A stretch of DNA of 64,000 bases, taken from the NCBI GenBank assembly GCA_973895155.1, contig OZ316899.1, forward strand, positions 6,389,241-6,453,240, in the 5' to 3' direction. The translations under genes were made by a program, and so were the position numbers. The stretch is from Marsupella aquatica. Its lineage: Eukaryota > Plantae > Marchantiophyta. The notes beneath the pieces were generated by a model, which saw only the letters and a program-made list of their open reading frames with translations, did no database searches and was not told the DNA's origin. Shown here piece after piece: positions 48,911-61,691 of this stretch (the stretch's first letter is position 1; every line of letters starts with the position of its first letter).

Positions 48911-49062
48911 TGTTATAACACTCCAAGTGGACTTTACTTTACACTCTAAGTAACCCTTAGAAGTTAGGATAGTTACCCAACTGCCCTCATATGTAATTCA
49001 TATATACACTCATTCCTAATAGAAGTGGCATTGGATTGTTGGTGAAGATATCGAGTAAAACA
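48911..49062 (+). repeat. 3' LTR of the Copia element
   Basis: Preceded by the PPT and followed by the GGAGG TSD. Confidence 0.95.
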
Positions 49063-51569
49063 GGAGGAAATATTTTAGCAAAATAAGCAGTGAAAGATTT
49101 CCACAAAATTCTCATAGAAGTTAAAGTACATAGTCTTTCCTCTAAACTACATAGTCTTTCCTAGAGTCTTGCTTTGTCAGCCAGTTTTGTTTGACTGTTT
49201 CTAGAGACAACCTAATTCCATTCAAGTTTTAACATGTGAAGATACCACAGCCGGTTGGAGAATTCACTGGTGGTAACCTTTGAAAGACCTCACTGCCAGA
49301 ACATATTTGCAGCTAACTACCCTTTTGCTCAGTCTGGAGACAAAAAATTGTCAGCTGGCACAGGCTGCTCCACAGAAACTGATGACCTCAACATGAGCAT
49401 ATTCATCTATTCAAAGGCCAACAGCAAAAGCTGCTGCACGGCTCTTTCCTATCTCTTGCACAACCCTTACTGCCCCATGAAGGACTGGCCTTGAGTTGCT
49501 TCTTGATGTTGACTCCATCCTGTGAACCCAACAATTATGTGAGAAAAGCAAATCACACATGAAGACTCAATTACCTCTCCTGTCAAATGAATCCAAATCA
49601 AAAATTATCAACAGCATAGACCTGGCAGGCTGACTCAAAACACAAATAAACAGAAGCTTGCAATATATAAAGGCTACAAGATATAGTAACCTACAACAAA
49701 CCAAGATCATTGGGATGAGCAATCAATAATAAAATTATTGGGATTCTTGACCGATCTCCTTCAGCACTTACTTGACTGGTTTAGTTCCTTGTGAATTACA
49801 TTTCCACTAGTCTGAAAGAACAATGAGAGCCATGCACACGCATTCTGACATGCATAGAGAGTTTGTGACACATCATATTAAACAAGCACAACTCGTCCTC
49901 TTTCAGATGATGATTGTTCGTGATGAATTACATATAGAGCTTAAGTACTCCAAGATAAACAATCAAATTCCTAACATCAACACAGCCGAAACAAAATTAT
50001 TGAATGTTCTCCAACCTTCTCATTACCAACTTAATGAGAGGTTGAGGACGACACTGGTGAGATATATGCCTGCCGTTCTTTAGGACTCTAGGAGTAACAC
50101 CATCCATAGACTCAACAACAGTCCCATCTTCTGCTGCAAGAGGTGGTTCAGGAAACTTCAAAATTGTTGTTATCAAATATGCGCATCCCCCTACACACAC
50201 TTCTATGCTGCAGGTTGCAAACAAGCAAGGTTGAATTACAAAGAAGATCAACCCTTCACATCTTCTGCTCTTTTTAGGAGGACGAGTACTACATCCACTA
50301 TATACAAATCAATCAAGGGATTCCTTTTTCATATAAGTGAGACCATAGACCATGACGGAAAAATTGAATTACGGAAAGTCACATGGAGAACAAAGTAGGA
50401 ATAGTCAAGTCTACCAGATTGTGTCAAAAAGCATATGTCATACCTTTCATTCCCTTTGACCTTCCCAAGAATGCACGTTATGGCTTCATTTAAGCATACC
50501 CTTTTGCTTGGATCCAAAAAAAGTTTGATAAAGAATAGTTCTGAGGTAAGATTTTAAGTCTGACTCTCTACACAAACAAGTAAGGAAGTTAAGTACAAGT
50601 TCTTTTTACTGAAGTTCATTCACAAGTTTGCCTAGAGTAAAATGACAGTTCTGAATGATGAATTTACACAATGAATTTACACATAGTTTTGCGATTGCTG
50701 ACTGCGGCTTACCATCAAGGGCAGGAGCACTGCAGCATAATATATAATAGAGACGTGCGAGATAAACTTGCACCAAAACATCATTCATTTGCAAAACCTC
50801 CTATAACGGTTCTGCAAACTCAAACATGGGACTTAGTCCGATGCTCAGTGTATCTCGCCGGAGACATGTAAAATAAAAACTCACGAAACTACCAATCTCC
50901 ACAAAGCTCTAATATAGAGACAGGAACATAGAACAAACCAGTCAACAAAACCTAATAGAGAATACCCAGGTTGAAAGCAAAGAGGGAGAAAGAAGAAGTA
51001 CCTCCCGCAAGAGAGAGCTTGGCTGCAAAGAAAGACGAGGCAGATAATAACAAGTGAGTTAGTTCATTTGTTCCCAAATGGTAATACAATCCCATCAAGC
51101 TTCATTTGTTAGATAAAAAAGCTAGCCTTTCATAGATATGCTAGATGCAAAGATCTTTTGATGCGAGTATGAAGGGATCAATTGGGCAATCCTCTGGCAA
51201 TCTGGACATTAAGATATCTAGGATACAATAAACATGAAGTAGGTGGAGACATGAATAGTCCTAGACAATGCCTTGAGAGACTGTCCAAAGGTATGAGATT
51301 TCAGAAAACTTACCACTGCAATAGCAACACTAAAGGGGTCTCCTGGGGCCAACATTGAAACCATTGCCAGTGCATGCCGCACACCCATGGGATCCGCACA
51401 TGCTATACTGTCTTGAACAAAATTAAATTAGAGATCATACAGGTCTACCTACAAATCATGCACTGGTAAGAGCAAAGCAAGATTGTTACTCACTGTAAAC
51501 AAAGTAGTGCTAGATGGAAACATGATTGGCCATAAGAGATTCATGGAAATGTATTTCCCGGACTACTAA

Positions 51570-52725
51570 TCAACAGCAGACCCTAAAGAAATGTAGACAT
51601 TTGGGAACCAAGAACTGACCTGCAGTGCATGGTACAGCATTAAAGTTTGAATCTGTTTCAAAATATGTGCCAACTTGAGCAAAATTAGGGACACAATGAA
51701 TCACTTTAGCAATGTTTGCTACCTCCACAACAATATAAGGCACTTTGGATCTTATGTAAAGTGCTTTTCTGCTTGTAGAGGCTGTCATGCCTTCATCAAC
51801 CCATTGGAGTTTTGTGCAGTGCAATAACCTCCAATCTCCATCCCTTGGCAGCTTTTCCATCATTCTAACAAATGCTAGATCATGCTTCATGATCTTCTTG
51901 CCACCCTCACCAATGACTTCACAAGAAATTGACCTCAGTTGACCATAAGATGTTATAGGATCAACGCTAGCTTCTTCCATCTGAAGAGAGACAAATCCGA
52001 ACCATTCTTTACCATGGAAACTTCTACAGGCACGGGTGCACATTGGCCAATCTCCAAATTGAACGCCTTCCCCAGCAAGCACTGCTAAGCTTTTCCAAAG
52101 TTGTATTATCTCAGGAACTGCACAGTTCTCATCATTCAAGTGCATAACAAAGGCTTCTCTGAGGTGCAGTTGTATTTCTGGTTGACACTAAAATAGTTCA
52201 CTCACTTCTACAGGCACAAAGTCATTGTTACTTGCATCAAGCCAAGTCAATGTCAACCTTATATCCTTTCCAAATAGGGTGATCTGTCCTGTCATAGGGT
52301 GATCTGTCCTGTCAATACAGCCTGCACATATCAAATCATAAAGCACATGCATAAGTGCCTACAAGACATCCTTTGTAAAGTGACATGTGTTGCTACACTA
52401 AAGTACAAACTGAAAGTGTAGCAGAAGTGGGAGGGAGGTAAGGGTAACATCTTCTGCGTGCACTCTTAAGTCTTCTTGACAACTTGATTTGTCTAGTAAA
52501 TATTCTAGTCCTTTGGCTATGCCTTGCTATTTGCCCCATGAAATTCCTCTTGTTGCTATGTCTGTATGGAACCTTCATGAGGGTAATGTGAAGATGTTTG
52601 AATATACCTATGTCATATTCTAAAGGCAACCCACATCTTTTGATACAATCTTTCAGGTGACTCATGGCATGGACTTTTACAATGTTGAAACTTGACTTGT
52701 GCCAAGTTTTAGCGTGTTTTATCAT
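51570..52725 (-). pseudogene. C-terminal part of a Plavaka-type transposase (with BAH-like tail)
   Basis: FNIVKVHAMSH..CIKRCG...HLHITLMKVPYRHSNKRN and RACRSFHGKEWF...YGQL...LAFVR...IHCVPNF; 5'-truncated near 52730. Confidence 0.7.
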
Positions 52726-53251
52726 CGATCCTACTAATTTTTTTAATTAACTAATCCATTTGATCCAAGGACCTCTCAGAATGCTGTTTACTCTAGAATG
52801 CTAGCAAATACCAATCTATGAAGTCCACAAAAACCAAGTGAAGTCCACATCACAAGCAACCAAGTGTCTCGGTAAGTAACCCTTCTGGATCTAGATCTCC
52901 CCAAGTTTAGCATCCTAACTCAAGCTCAACAGACATTGGTAAGTAGGTCAACGATAGGTCCTCCCGATGCCATAAGTCGGAACTAGAACCCACACCCACT
53001 GTTCGTCCAAAACAACTCCTTCCTTGGGTGTGGCCCAAGCTCCCCCTTGTACCTATCCATCACCAACTGACTGCTTTGCCCCTTGGACATGCTCATGGCC
53101 CAAATAGCGTAGCTTGTCCTAAAGCTTGTCCCAACAAGCCGGGGCCAGAATGGCCCTGACTTTAGCAACCAACTCCCGGTTCTTGCCCCGCTGATGGTCT
53201 AGGGGCCAAGTGCCCTTGGAACTCAACCTCCCCAATGCAAGCTCCCTTGGG

Positions 53252-53556
53252 GGGTATAATCACCGTGCCAGGAAACTAGAAAAAGGAAACAACATACAGT
53301 AAACAGCAAATGGATGACAATTTTTTGAGATTTTTTTTGGAATTTTTTGTTTGGTTTGTATTTTTGACATTTTTTTACTAGCACCCAAAGCTAGTAATAG
53401 TAGCGCCTAGCGCTAGCCAAAAATGATTGTTTTTTTAAATATTTGAAAAAATTGAGTTTTAATGAGACATTTTTTATATTTCATTTTTGCTCATAACAGT
53501 AAAGTTTTTCTCATAACAAGAAATAATTTTCCTGTTTCCTGGCACGGTGTAAAGCC
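53252..53556. mobile_element. ~305-bp Mutator-like MITE, same family as 12543-12850
   Basis: Inverted CACCGTGCCAGGAAAC / GTTTCCTGGCACGGTG near the ends; ~9-bp TSD tcccttggg/tccctttgg (ends uncertain by a few nt); two central palindromes. Confidence 0.75.
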
Positions 53557-54330
53557 TCCCTTTGGGAGATTGAACGTGGCTTGGCCGTTGTTTCGGTAGG
53601 ATTTGGCAAGCGGGCAAGATAGCACCCGCAAACCTCAAGAACCCATGGCGCCCCCAGACCCAGCTGAGCTACGTAGTACGTAGCTCTCCTTGAGAGCTTT
53701 CCAGCGCATCCAAGAAGTCCTCCAACAGACTTCCCGTTGGGAAGATATCGTCGTTTCTGTTTGGCGTTTTCCCTTAGTGTCACGTCCGCCGCGGCTCACA
53801 ACTTCGGCTCGCCCTTAGCCCCCAGGGAGACACCGCTCCCCTCATGTATGCTTCTGGAGACCTGCCACCCTTGGACCAACTTTGGTCCTTGTGCGGACCC
53901 CAATCTTTTTTGTCATTTTAGTAAAGCTTAATCATTACCCTAATACAGTTGGGATAGCCTTAAATAGACAGTACTTAAAGTACCGCCGCCAGCGGTAACA
54001 GGAGGGAGCTGCGTACATAACCACATCAGGTGTCGTGTCTTCACTAAGTCATGAGTAGAAGGTAATCATAAGTAGCCCTCCAAATAATACCACGCCATCA
54101 TCAATGGGGCGCTTGACCAAGACGCCTCATGCTTACAAGACAAGGACCGTCCGCCCTTTCATAGACCAAAGCAGGGAATCTTTCAAGCTTAAGGCAAAGG
54201 GACAAGCTCAAATTGCCTCACAAAGCATTCGCGCACTTGTCAAAGCTCCTTCTCAACAGAAGCGTATGCTAGATTGCGATGCAACTATCCGCTTATTCCT
54301 TGCTTACGTTACTAGTTCCATCAAGTAAAG

Positions 54331-56788
54331 ATGGAGGGATCAAGAGCACAAAGAGTAGAAGTTCCCCTTGCTAAAAACAAGAAGGGAGCTATGTTCACAG
54401 AAGAGAAGATCCGCAACTCCATCACGGAGGTACAATGCATGGAGGAGAGCCAAGCAATCCTCGACAGGGCCAGAATTTATGGCTTGGTCCGGATGGACTG
54501 TTATCTATCGACCGCCCAAGCAAGAGAATCTGCTTGCAAATTACAAAAGTGACAATGTCACCCAAGGGAATGTTCATTACCTACAGGGGGAAGACTTATA
54601 CCTTCTCCAATCCAAAGCTATGCGACATGTTTGGACTACCCAGGGCGGGGGGATTGTCGCTCACTTACCAAGTCAACCCAATTGAGAAATAGGGCGTGGT
54701 GGCCTTCTTGCAGCAGACGGAGGTCCAGATAAACCGTGGAAACATGCAGTATGGGGCCATCCAGCAAAAGGAGTATCAAAACTTTATAGAGTTTTGCACC
54801 AAGTGGGTGATGGTTAAGAGCGGATACCATCACGCCACCTTTCCAAGAATTGCCACCGCAAGAGCTCTATTCGTGGGATGCCTCCACCCACTTCAGTTAT
54901 GGAAGGGAAGTGTATCCGCTATGATTGATTCAAAAGGCTGTTTGAAGTTCCCTTCACTATTAGCATATCAGTTAGGAATCATAGTGCACAATGTGTTTGG
55001 TGCCCAGGAGGCAATCAATAGGGCTCCATTGATTCAGACTCAGATGAATTGGAGCCAGAAGATTGAGTAGAGGCTCAGGGGATACCGCCAGTTAGGACGA
55101 CATTGGGATCCACAGCCAATGTCAATGTGGATTCACCAGAGTACAACAAGGAGGACTTTAAAGATGAGGAAGAGGAAGAAGAGGGGGAAGCACCCCTAAA
55201 TTCAGATGCAGAAGGCAAAGGGGGAGCAGAGGCTCTCCAAAACCTGAGTGAGCAGGCCGAACAATGTCGTAAGAGCCTCAAGAGAAAGAGGAGGGCGGTG
55301 AATCTCCCAGATGAAGAAGACAAAGAGGAAGAAGTAGAAGAAGAAAGGAGGGAAGCCACCTTCCAACAACCCATGCTGTCCGAAATCCCGGACACTACTA
55401 ACTTGGCGGAATTGAAGACTTTTGCTCAGTGCCTGGCTTTTATAGGGAAGCCAGTCCCCAACACCAAGGACCTACGCTACTGGTTGAGAGATTTGAGAGA
55501 GGCCAAGGCGATGGCAAGGATAATAGTCATGGAGTTTGAGGGTAAGACTTGTAACACGGAGAAGATGAGCAAATTGGAAGAGAAGGTTGCACGACTCCTC
55601 GAGAAAGTACAGAAGAAGTCCGTGTCCAATAAAATTATGATGAAGCAGATGGCGGAAACAGAAGGATTACAGGATTGGGAGAGGCAAAAATATGAGGAAG
55701 CAACCACAACCCTATAGCAAGCCCAGGAAGAGGTCCGGACAAAAAATGTTGGGACACAAGCTCTAAAGATCAAGCTAGGAAGGGCCCAACAGGAGAGAGA
55801 GAGAAGCTGCAGAAGCTACTGGCTGATAAGGAGGAAGAATGGGACCATTGCATGGCCACCGCCAAAGAAGGGGAAGCGGACCTACAAACTGAGGTCTGGA
55901 AGACAAAAGCAGCCCTTGAGCAAATGGACTAGCAGCTACAACATGAGCAGAGCATCCGGCGGAAACTCGGTGAAGAGTTGAAGGAGGTGACGGCCCAACA
56001 TGCATTGTGTGGCTCTGTATCCCAACAAAAGGCCAACGAGCTGTAGAGGGAAATTGAAGGACTAGAGCAGAGGGTAGGAGAAGGAGAATAGTTGGCAATC
56101 CGACTGTCTTACCAACTGGCTGAGCAAGTAAAAGCTGCAGAAGTACTCCAAGAAGAAGAAGAAAATAAATTGTGAGCTACAAGGGCAATTGGAGGAGAAG
56201 CAGACATACGTTGTTGCATTAGAGAAAGAAGAAGAAAGAAGAGAGAAAGAGAGGACGAGATGGCTGCAAGATATAGCTGGTAAGGAGCTCATCCAACAAT
56301 GCGGTAAAGTGATTTGGATGCCAAAGGACACCTACGAGGACTGGGATCTGGAAGTACAAAACTTGAGAGACAAAGTTGCCACGACGGCTAAATTGTTGAA
56401 AGAAGCACTAGCGGATCCGTTGCACAAGAAAAAGATGGAGCAACTCAAGAAGGTGAGCGTATCATGGAAAATATTCACGGGACAGAGGATAGCATCCCGG
56501 AATGCTATTGAGATGGATGAAGCTATGGGTTTAGAAACCCTTCGTATTATTTTAGTTGCAGCAGGAGTTAACAAGAGGGCCATTTGTCCTGATGATTATG
56601 AGCGGATATGGTATGACATCCCAGTCCGGATCAGGTTTATGCTGTCGTTCTTTGAATGGTCAGGAGCTATAAGGTTCACCCAACCCGAAGTGTTGTATGC
56701 TATCAAAAGCAAATATCATCAAATATATGCTAAAAACTCGGTGTTCATTCCCGTGGAAGAACAAAAATGGGATGAAAAGATGTTTTAA
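54331..56788 (+). pseudogene. Decayed TE accessory protein (plant-mobile-domain-like, acidic and coiled-coil regions)
   Basis: ITYRGKTYTFSNPKLCDMFGLP; colinear ORFs 54331-55717 and 56189-56788 separated by stops and frameshifts. Confidence 0.55.
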
Positions 56789-57886
56789 AGTGTTTTGAGT
56801 GGTTTAGAGATGGTACTCAATATCTATTAGAAAAATAGAATCTAAAACAAAACACAGACAATTAATAAAATAGGAACCAAAGTGACATTTGCTGGATAAT
56901 AGAATCTTAGAGTTTTTAGAGGTATAGTTTAGCAATATTTAACTCCGTCACCATTTCTTAAGAAAGAGCTATGACATTATTTGAGATGTTGATAAGTCAA
57001 ACATAACCTTGCTATAATTGCTCTCTAGGTTTCTATCATAAATCTATGTTTAAGAAGTGTCTATGCTCACAAAACCCAAGATAAGTTTCGGATTGCGAGT
57101 ATAGTAGTGTGTCATTAAAATGCCGGAAACATGTTTCCTTTTTCAACGATGCGCAATTCCAAAGAAAAACTAATGCACATTCAGTATACCACAATGGTAC
57201 TTCAAATCCGTGAATTAAGAATGTTGCTACTTCTTAACATATAGATTTCTCTTTCTTGATTACATGCAATACTTATCTTCCAAAGATAAGCCCTTCATGT
57301 AAATACAGAAATGGACAACAAATGTTGTAGTTTGAATTAGGCACCGACCAACAAATCTTCTAATACATTCCACAAACTGTATTTTTATAGGTTTTACTTC
57401 TTACGGTAATTGCAACATGCATTGCCATACAAAGGAGGGGTAGACTCCTAGCACAAGTAATCAAATTCCAAGGCATACAAATCTTCCTTGCAAAAATGCA
57501 TTACACGTACAAGGGACAAAACTTCAAGATGAGGAGATGCAAATAACTATCCACACTGTCTCAAAATGAGACTTGTATCACAATAAGTACATGAGATCGC
57601 CCACGGGCTAAGGAGAATGAAGAGACATGCCTCTTCATTTCCTAAGTCTAAACTAAGTAAAATAAAAGTTAACTTTGACTAAGGGATAGTCAAATAGTCA
57701 AAACTAAGTAAAAGTCTACAAAATAAAATACCAAAATCATACTGTAATAGGGGGAGGGTCGACTACAAGTAGAGGGAGGCGAGCTACATAACCAAGGGCT
57801 ATCTTTTCTTTGGTCCTTTGTTCCTTCAAATACTGTCGACGGAAAAGGTCCTCACAATAACAAATCAAACGGGGCTCACTGGTCTT

Positions 57887-59583
57887 TTAGATGGGATGTC
57901 CATCCAATCCGATCCAAACAAAGTAATCCGATGGCCGTGGAATGTCTAGAGCTGGAAGAGGGAAAGGTGCAATGACCTTTCTACAATGATAAACCCAAAT
58001 CCAAAGGTCAGGAGTCTCAATCGTGGGTAGTCTCAGCTTGTCTATAGGTAGCCATAGAATACCACAAGAAATTGGAACCATGTCGTAGGTGTGTGGAAAA
58101 GGGAAAGACTCACGACCAAACATAAGTGGAGGCAAAGGAGGTGCAAGGGGAGTGCGTGCGTCGATGAGTGACGTAATCATCCTATCAAACTGGGCGGGGA
58201 AGACAAAAAGAGTCTCAATGTCGGCAACAAAAGAGACAATAGGAGGCTGAGACATAAGAGGAGTAGGAGCTATAAATGGTACACTGGGAGGCTCTACAGT
58301 CTCAGGCTCAAGCTCAGTCTTGGTAATAGACTCATGGATGGGTTCATTTCCTTCCCTGGTAGGAGAGGGAAATGAATCATCAAGGGGTGATAGGGTGGTA
58401 TCCTCAATGGAGGAAAATGGATCTGGAGGGGTACTGGTGAAGGGGGTAAAGGCTCAGGGGTAGGAGATGGAGGATGCTCAGGTGTAAATATAGGAGGGAT
58501 AGGGGAATCGATAATAGGGGAAGGAATGGGATCAGGTAGAGGGGGTGTAGGTGAGGATGGAGGAGGGAGTGAAGGATCAGCGATAGGTACCTTCGGCTCA
58601 TCTACATCCATAGGGTGATCAGGCTGTGGTGAAGGTGTAGGGGTGAAACATGAGGGGGTGGGGCGGTACGAGACTCAGAAAGCAAAGCACGAATACAATC
58701 AAGTAACTGCAGAGGAGTACAACTCAAGAGTCTAGTGGCCTCATCTACCAAATGCTGGTTAAAACCAGCCACACTAGCTAGTCGTTCAGCATCACCAACA
58801 AAATCAGTTCATGATGGGTAAGAAGTGGAAGCAACAAAAGAGGAAGAAGTCATCCCTGGTAAATCCGGTGCTATCGTCTGCTCCACTGGAGGGGGTCTTG
58901 GAAATGTCATTGGTGGTGGAGTCAACTCTCTTGCTAACTCTGGCTGAGGGAGCTCAAAGTGTCTCGCTCTCCTCCTCCAATCGCTCAGCTCCACTGGTAA
59001 CAAGCAGCCTCTCAAAAAGTAAATGTGCGCCAAGTAGGGTGTTAGATAGGTATCACCGGTAGTAGACAAGACAACCACCTGCTTGGCAATCACCTCCGAA
59101 AGAGCTAAGGCCCAGTTGATCCTCCTCTTGCCGGTCCATGGAACGATGATAGAGCTGGTCAAGTAAACCATAGCCCTGGTGGGTTTGGTCGGATGAAAGA
59201 CAGATACAAGGAATCAGAGTAGATGAGCTAACTCCCGGTTCTTGCACTGATCAATCTTCCAACCAGACCTCCGGTCCCTGGTACCTCCGGTCCTCCCCAA
59301 CAGAAATCAGTCTCTCTTCCTCTTGGCTCAACTGGTACACCTCAAAAACAATGGCAGCGGTACAAACATCAGCTAAACCTCTAGTAGAACTCCGGAAAGC
59401 TCCAGCTTGGGGTGGACGAAGAAAATCGGCAATGATGGACCCATGCACCATATCCCAAGGAAGAAAAAGTAAGGAACTCAAGCCCATCTCTACCAGGTTA
59501 CTAAGGAGTCTAAAGTAAGCCTTAGGACCTGGGGGTAAGGTCACCCTAATGGCCTTACTAATTGGTAAGCTTCTGGTGGCCAT
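57887..59583 (-). pseudogene. Decayed paralogue of the 808-aa ORF N-terminal domain with Pro-rich linker
   Basis: ISKAIRVTLP...MGLSSLLFLPW and RRINWALAL...YLTPYLAHIY align with IPKALVIRLP...LGLEKLLRLPW and KVNWALVF...YLAQLY. The 3' non-coding DNA also matches (catgtt(g/t)ccggcatttta at ~30267 and ~57116). Confidence 0.7.
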
Positions 59584-60023
59584 AGCTCAGAAAATCTGAG
59601 AAAGCTAGAGAGTTCTCCTCCTAAAAATGGTTAAGCATTGAGGCTCAAGAATGAAATAAGGGATCTAAGGTAGCTGCGTTGCTATGGGAGAAGAAATGAA
59701 CTGAAAAGAGATAGAAATGAAGGAGTTATGATCAGGCGAAGCTCTCAAAATTGCAATTTCTTTAATTCCAAGAAATCAGAGAGCATCAATGACTCAATAC
59801 TCCTCAATGTCTTATCAATGGCAGTTCAGAATCGGGGTGAACATTCTCTAGGCAGTTGCGCTGCCATAGCAAGTGAAACGAGCTTGAATGGAGGTCTAAC
59901 AAGTGAGCACTAAGGGTCAAAGCTTGCGCCCTACTACCGGCCGCCATGGACATCCCTTGAAGAAAAGAAGAAAAAAAGTGATCAGGCCGGCGCGGAAAGA
60001 GTCGGCCATCCTTGGCAAAAAAT

Positions 60024-60153
60024 GGTTGTCGTCCTGGCCGTCCCTGTGTAGAAGCCGTCCAAGCCGGCGCCATCTTTGTTGTCTTTGTGAGGAAGCCGCC
60101 CAGGATGGCTGTTGTCCTGGCCGTCCCTGTGTAGAGGCCGTCCAATCCGGCAT
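60024..60153. repeat. GC-rich direct repeat, 83-bp spacing
   Basis: gtcctggccgtccctgtgtaga(a/g)gccgtccaa at 60031 and 60114. Confidence 0.85.
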
Positions 60154-60719
60154 CTCATTTTTGAATCTTCTTTCAACTTCTTGCCGTCTTGGCGCTTACT
60201 ATGTAAAAACCAGGGTGGCCTTGACGTTTTCCAATGGTATCCTTACCCATTTGAGCTTAAACTAACTTAATTTTTCTTAAAGGGGCTTATAAAAACTTTT
60301 AAAATTTATGGTTTTGATACTTTAACTCTCCTTTTGGATAATCACCTAATTACACAAAGACTTATACTTTAGATTAGGAGGGAGGGCCAACAACAGAGTC
60401 ACGCAAATCTTGCTATCCAAACTAGAGAGAGAGCACGCTGGCCACCCTCATTACATAGCGCTGATGGTGGATGCAAACACCACGCAACCCAACTATTAGG
60501 CATGAAATCTTCACTGGTCTATAGTTTGGCATTACATAGGAAAGTTTTTCCTTTAGTAGAAGTAGTTCTGAAGTCCTAGGCGGCAAGGGAGATCCAAATC
60601 AACTGCAGGAAGTACACACTCCCTCGTCTGGTTACTTTTCTCCAGACAACAGGATGGCACAATACGAGCGGAATGGGAGGCGGGTTATCTTCAATCCCTA
60701 CTTCACCTCCCACCTTATA

Positions 60720-61691
60720 GTATCCAAGGAGTGGATGAGCTTTGTAGACTTTCTTGTCTTACCCTAGTTCAGTCACCTTGCCATGACTCACTTCTATTTG
60801 CTAGGCAAGGATCCGGCCGCAGTGACCTGTGCGGGGGATACTATCTGAACTGACAAGTTTCCCTTTGATCCTGCTGATTTACGTGTGGGTGTTTGGGAGA
60901 AGACATCATTTTGGGAAAGGGTAACCCCTACGGAGAATGTAATTAGATGGCTAGAAGCAAGTGTACATAATTATGAATTAGGGAATTACTTTGGACCTGC
61001 GGCCTTCTGGACGCCACATTAGTTCTTTCGGGAACTTGTAGATGAGGACGGGTTTGGTCTATACTTGGAGACCAACCCTATAGCTGTATATTACTCGATA
61101 TGGCAACATGACCCCCGGGTTTGGATGCGGCTACCCCAGCATGAGGACAATCCACCATTAAGCCTTCTAGCTCAACTCAGGCGATGGATCAATGCCCTGA
61201 CACGTCAATATCCTTTCGGGCATTCACTTGCGGATCCCCGCTACTTCCGGTGGTATTGTTTTGCGCGTTCTTAAATTGAGGTAGTGGATCGATCCGGATG
61301 AGCAGGCAAGGTTGACGTGGGTCTTAATGGGGAGATGCAATATGAAGGTATGATTATGTGGAAGCTGTTTAGCCAGGCGGGACCAGCAGCCGTGCGGATG
61401 TACAATTTGTTGATAGACGTTGAATTCTTGAAAGGGGAGGACCCCATAATTAGATGCAAAGGACCACTAGCGCCCACTTGGGCGTACATCATGGTAAGCC
61501 AACCCAATCCTGGCACTATGGATGACAATATCAAGTTGGAGGAGGAATGGGAGACTAACGTTTATGAAGAGTACCACAACTGGTGGGTAGTCATGGGCGA
61601 GACGCCGGGGGAAAGGGAAGAATGCCTTGGGCCCTCAGCTTACAAAATAACAAAACATACGTGCAAACGTCCAATGGGTATTAAATATTAA
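60720..61691 (+). pseudogene. Decayed ORF of unknown function (Trp/aromatic-rich)
   Basis: One frame stays protein-like for about 320 codons with isolated stops and includes ORFs 61065-61274 and 61317-61691. No family recognised. Confidence 0.35.

Larger units (their letters stand above)
34203..49062 (+). mobile_element. Ty1/Copia LTR retrotransposon, Bianca lineage, with nested insertions
   Basis: LTRs 34203-34355 and 48911-49062 (TG...CA); 5-bp TSD GGAGG; PBS-like TTATCAGCA(T)G after the 5' LTR; PPT AAGGGGGAG; PR-INT-RT-RH order; RTKMGPQR and IKHIAPK motifs. Confidence 0.95.
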
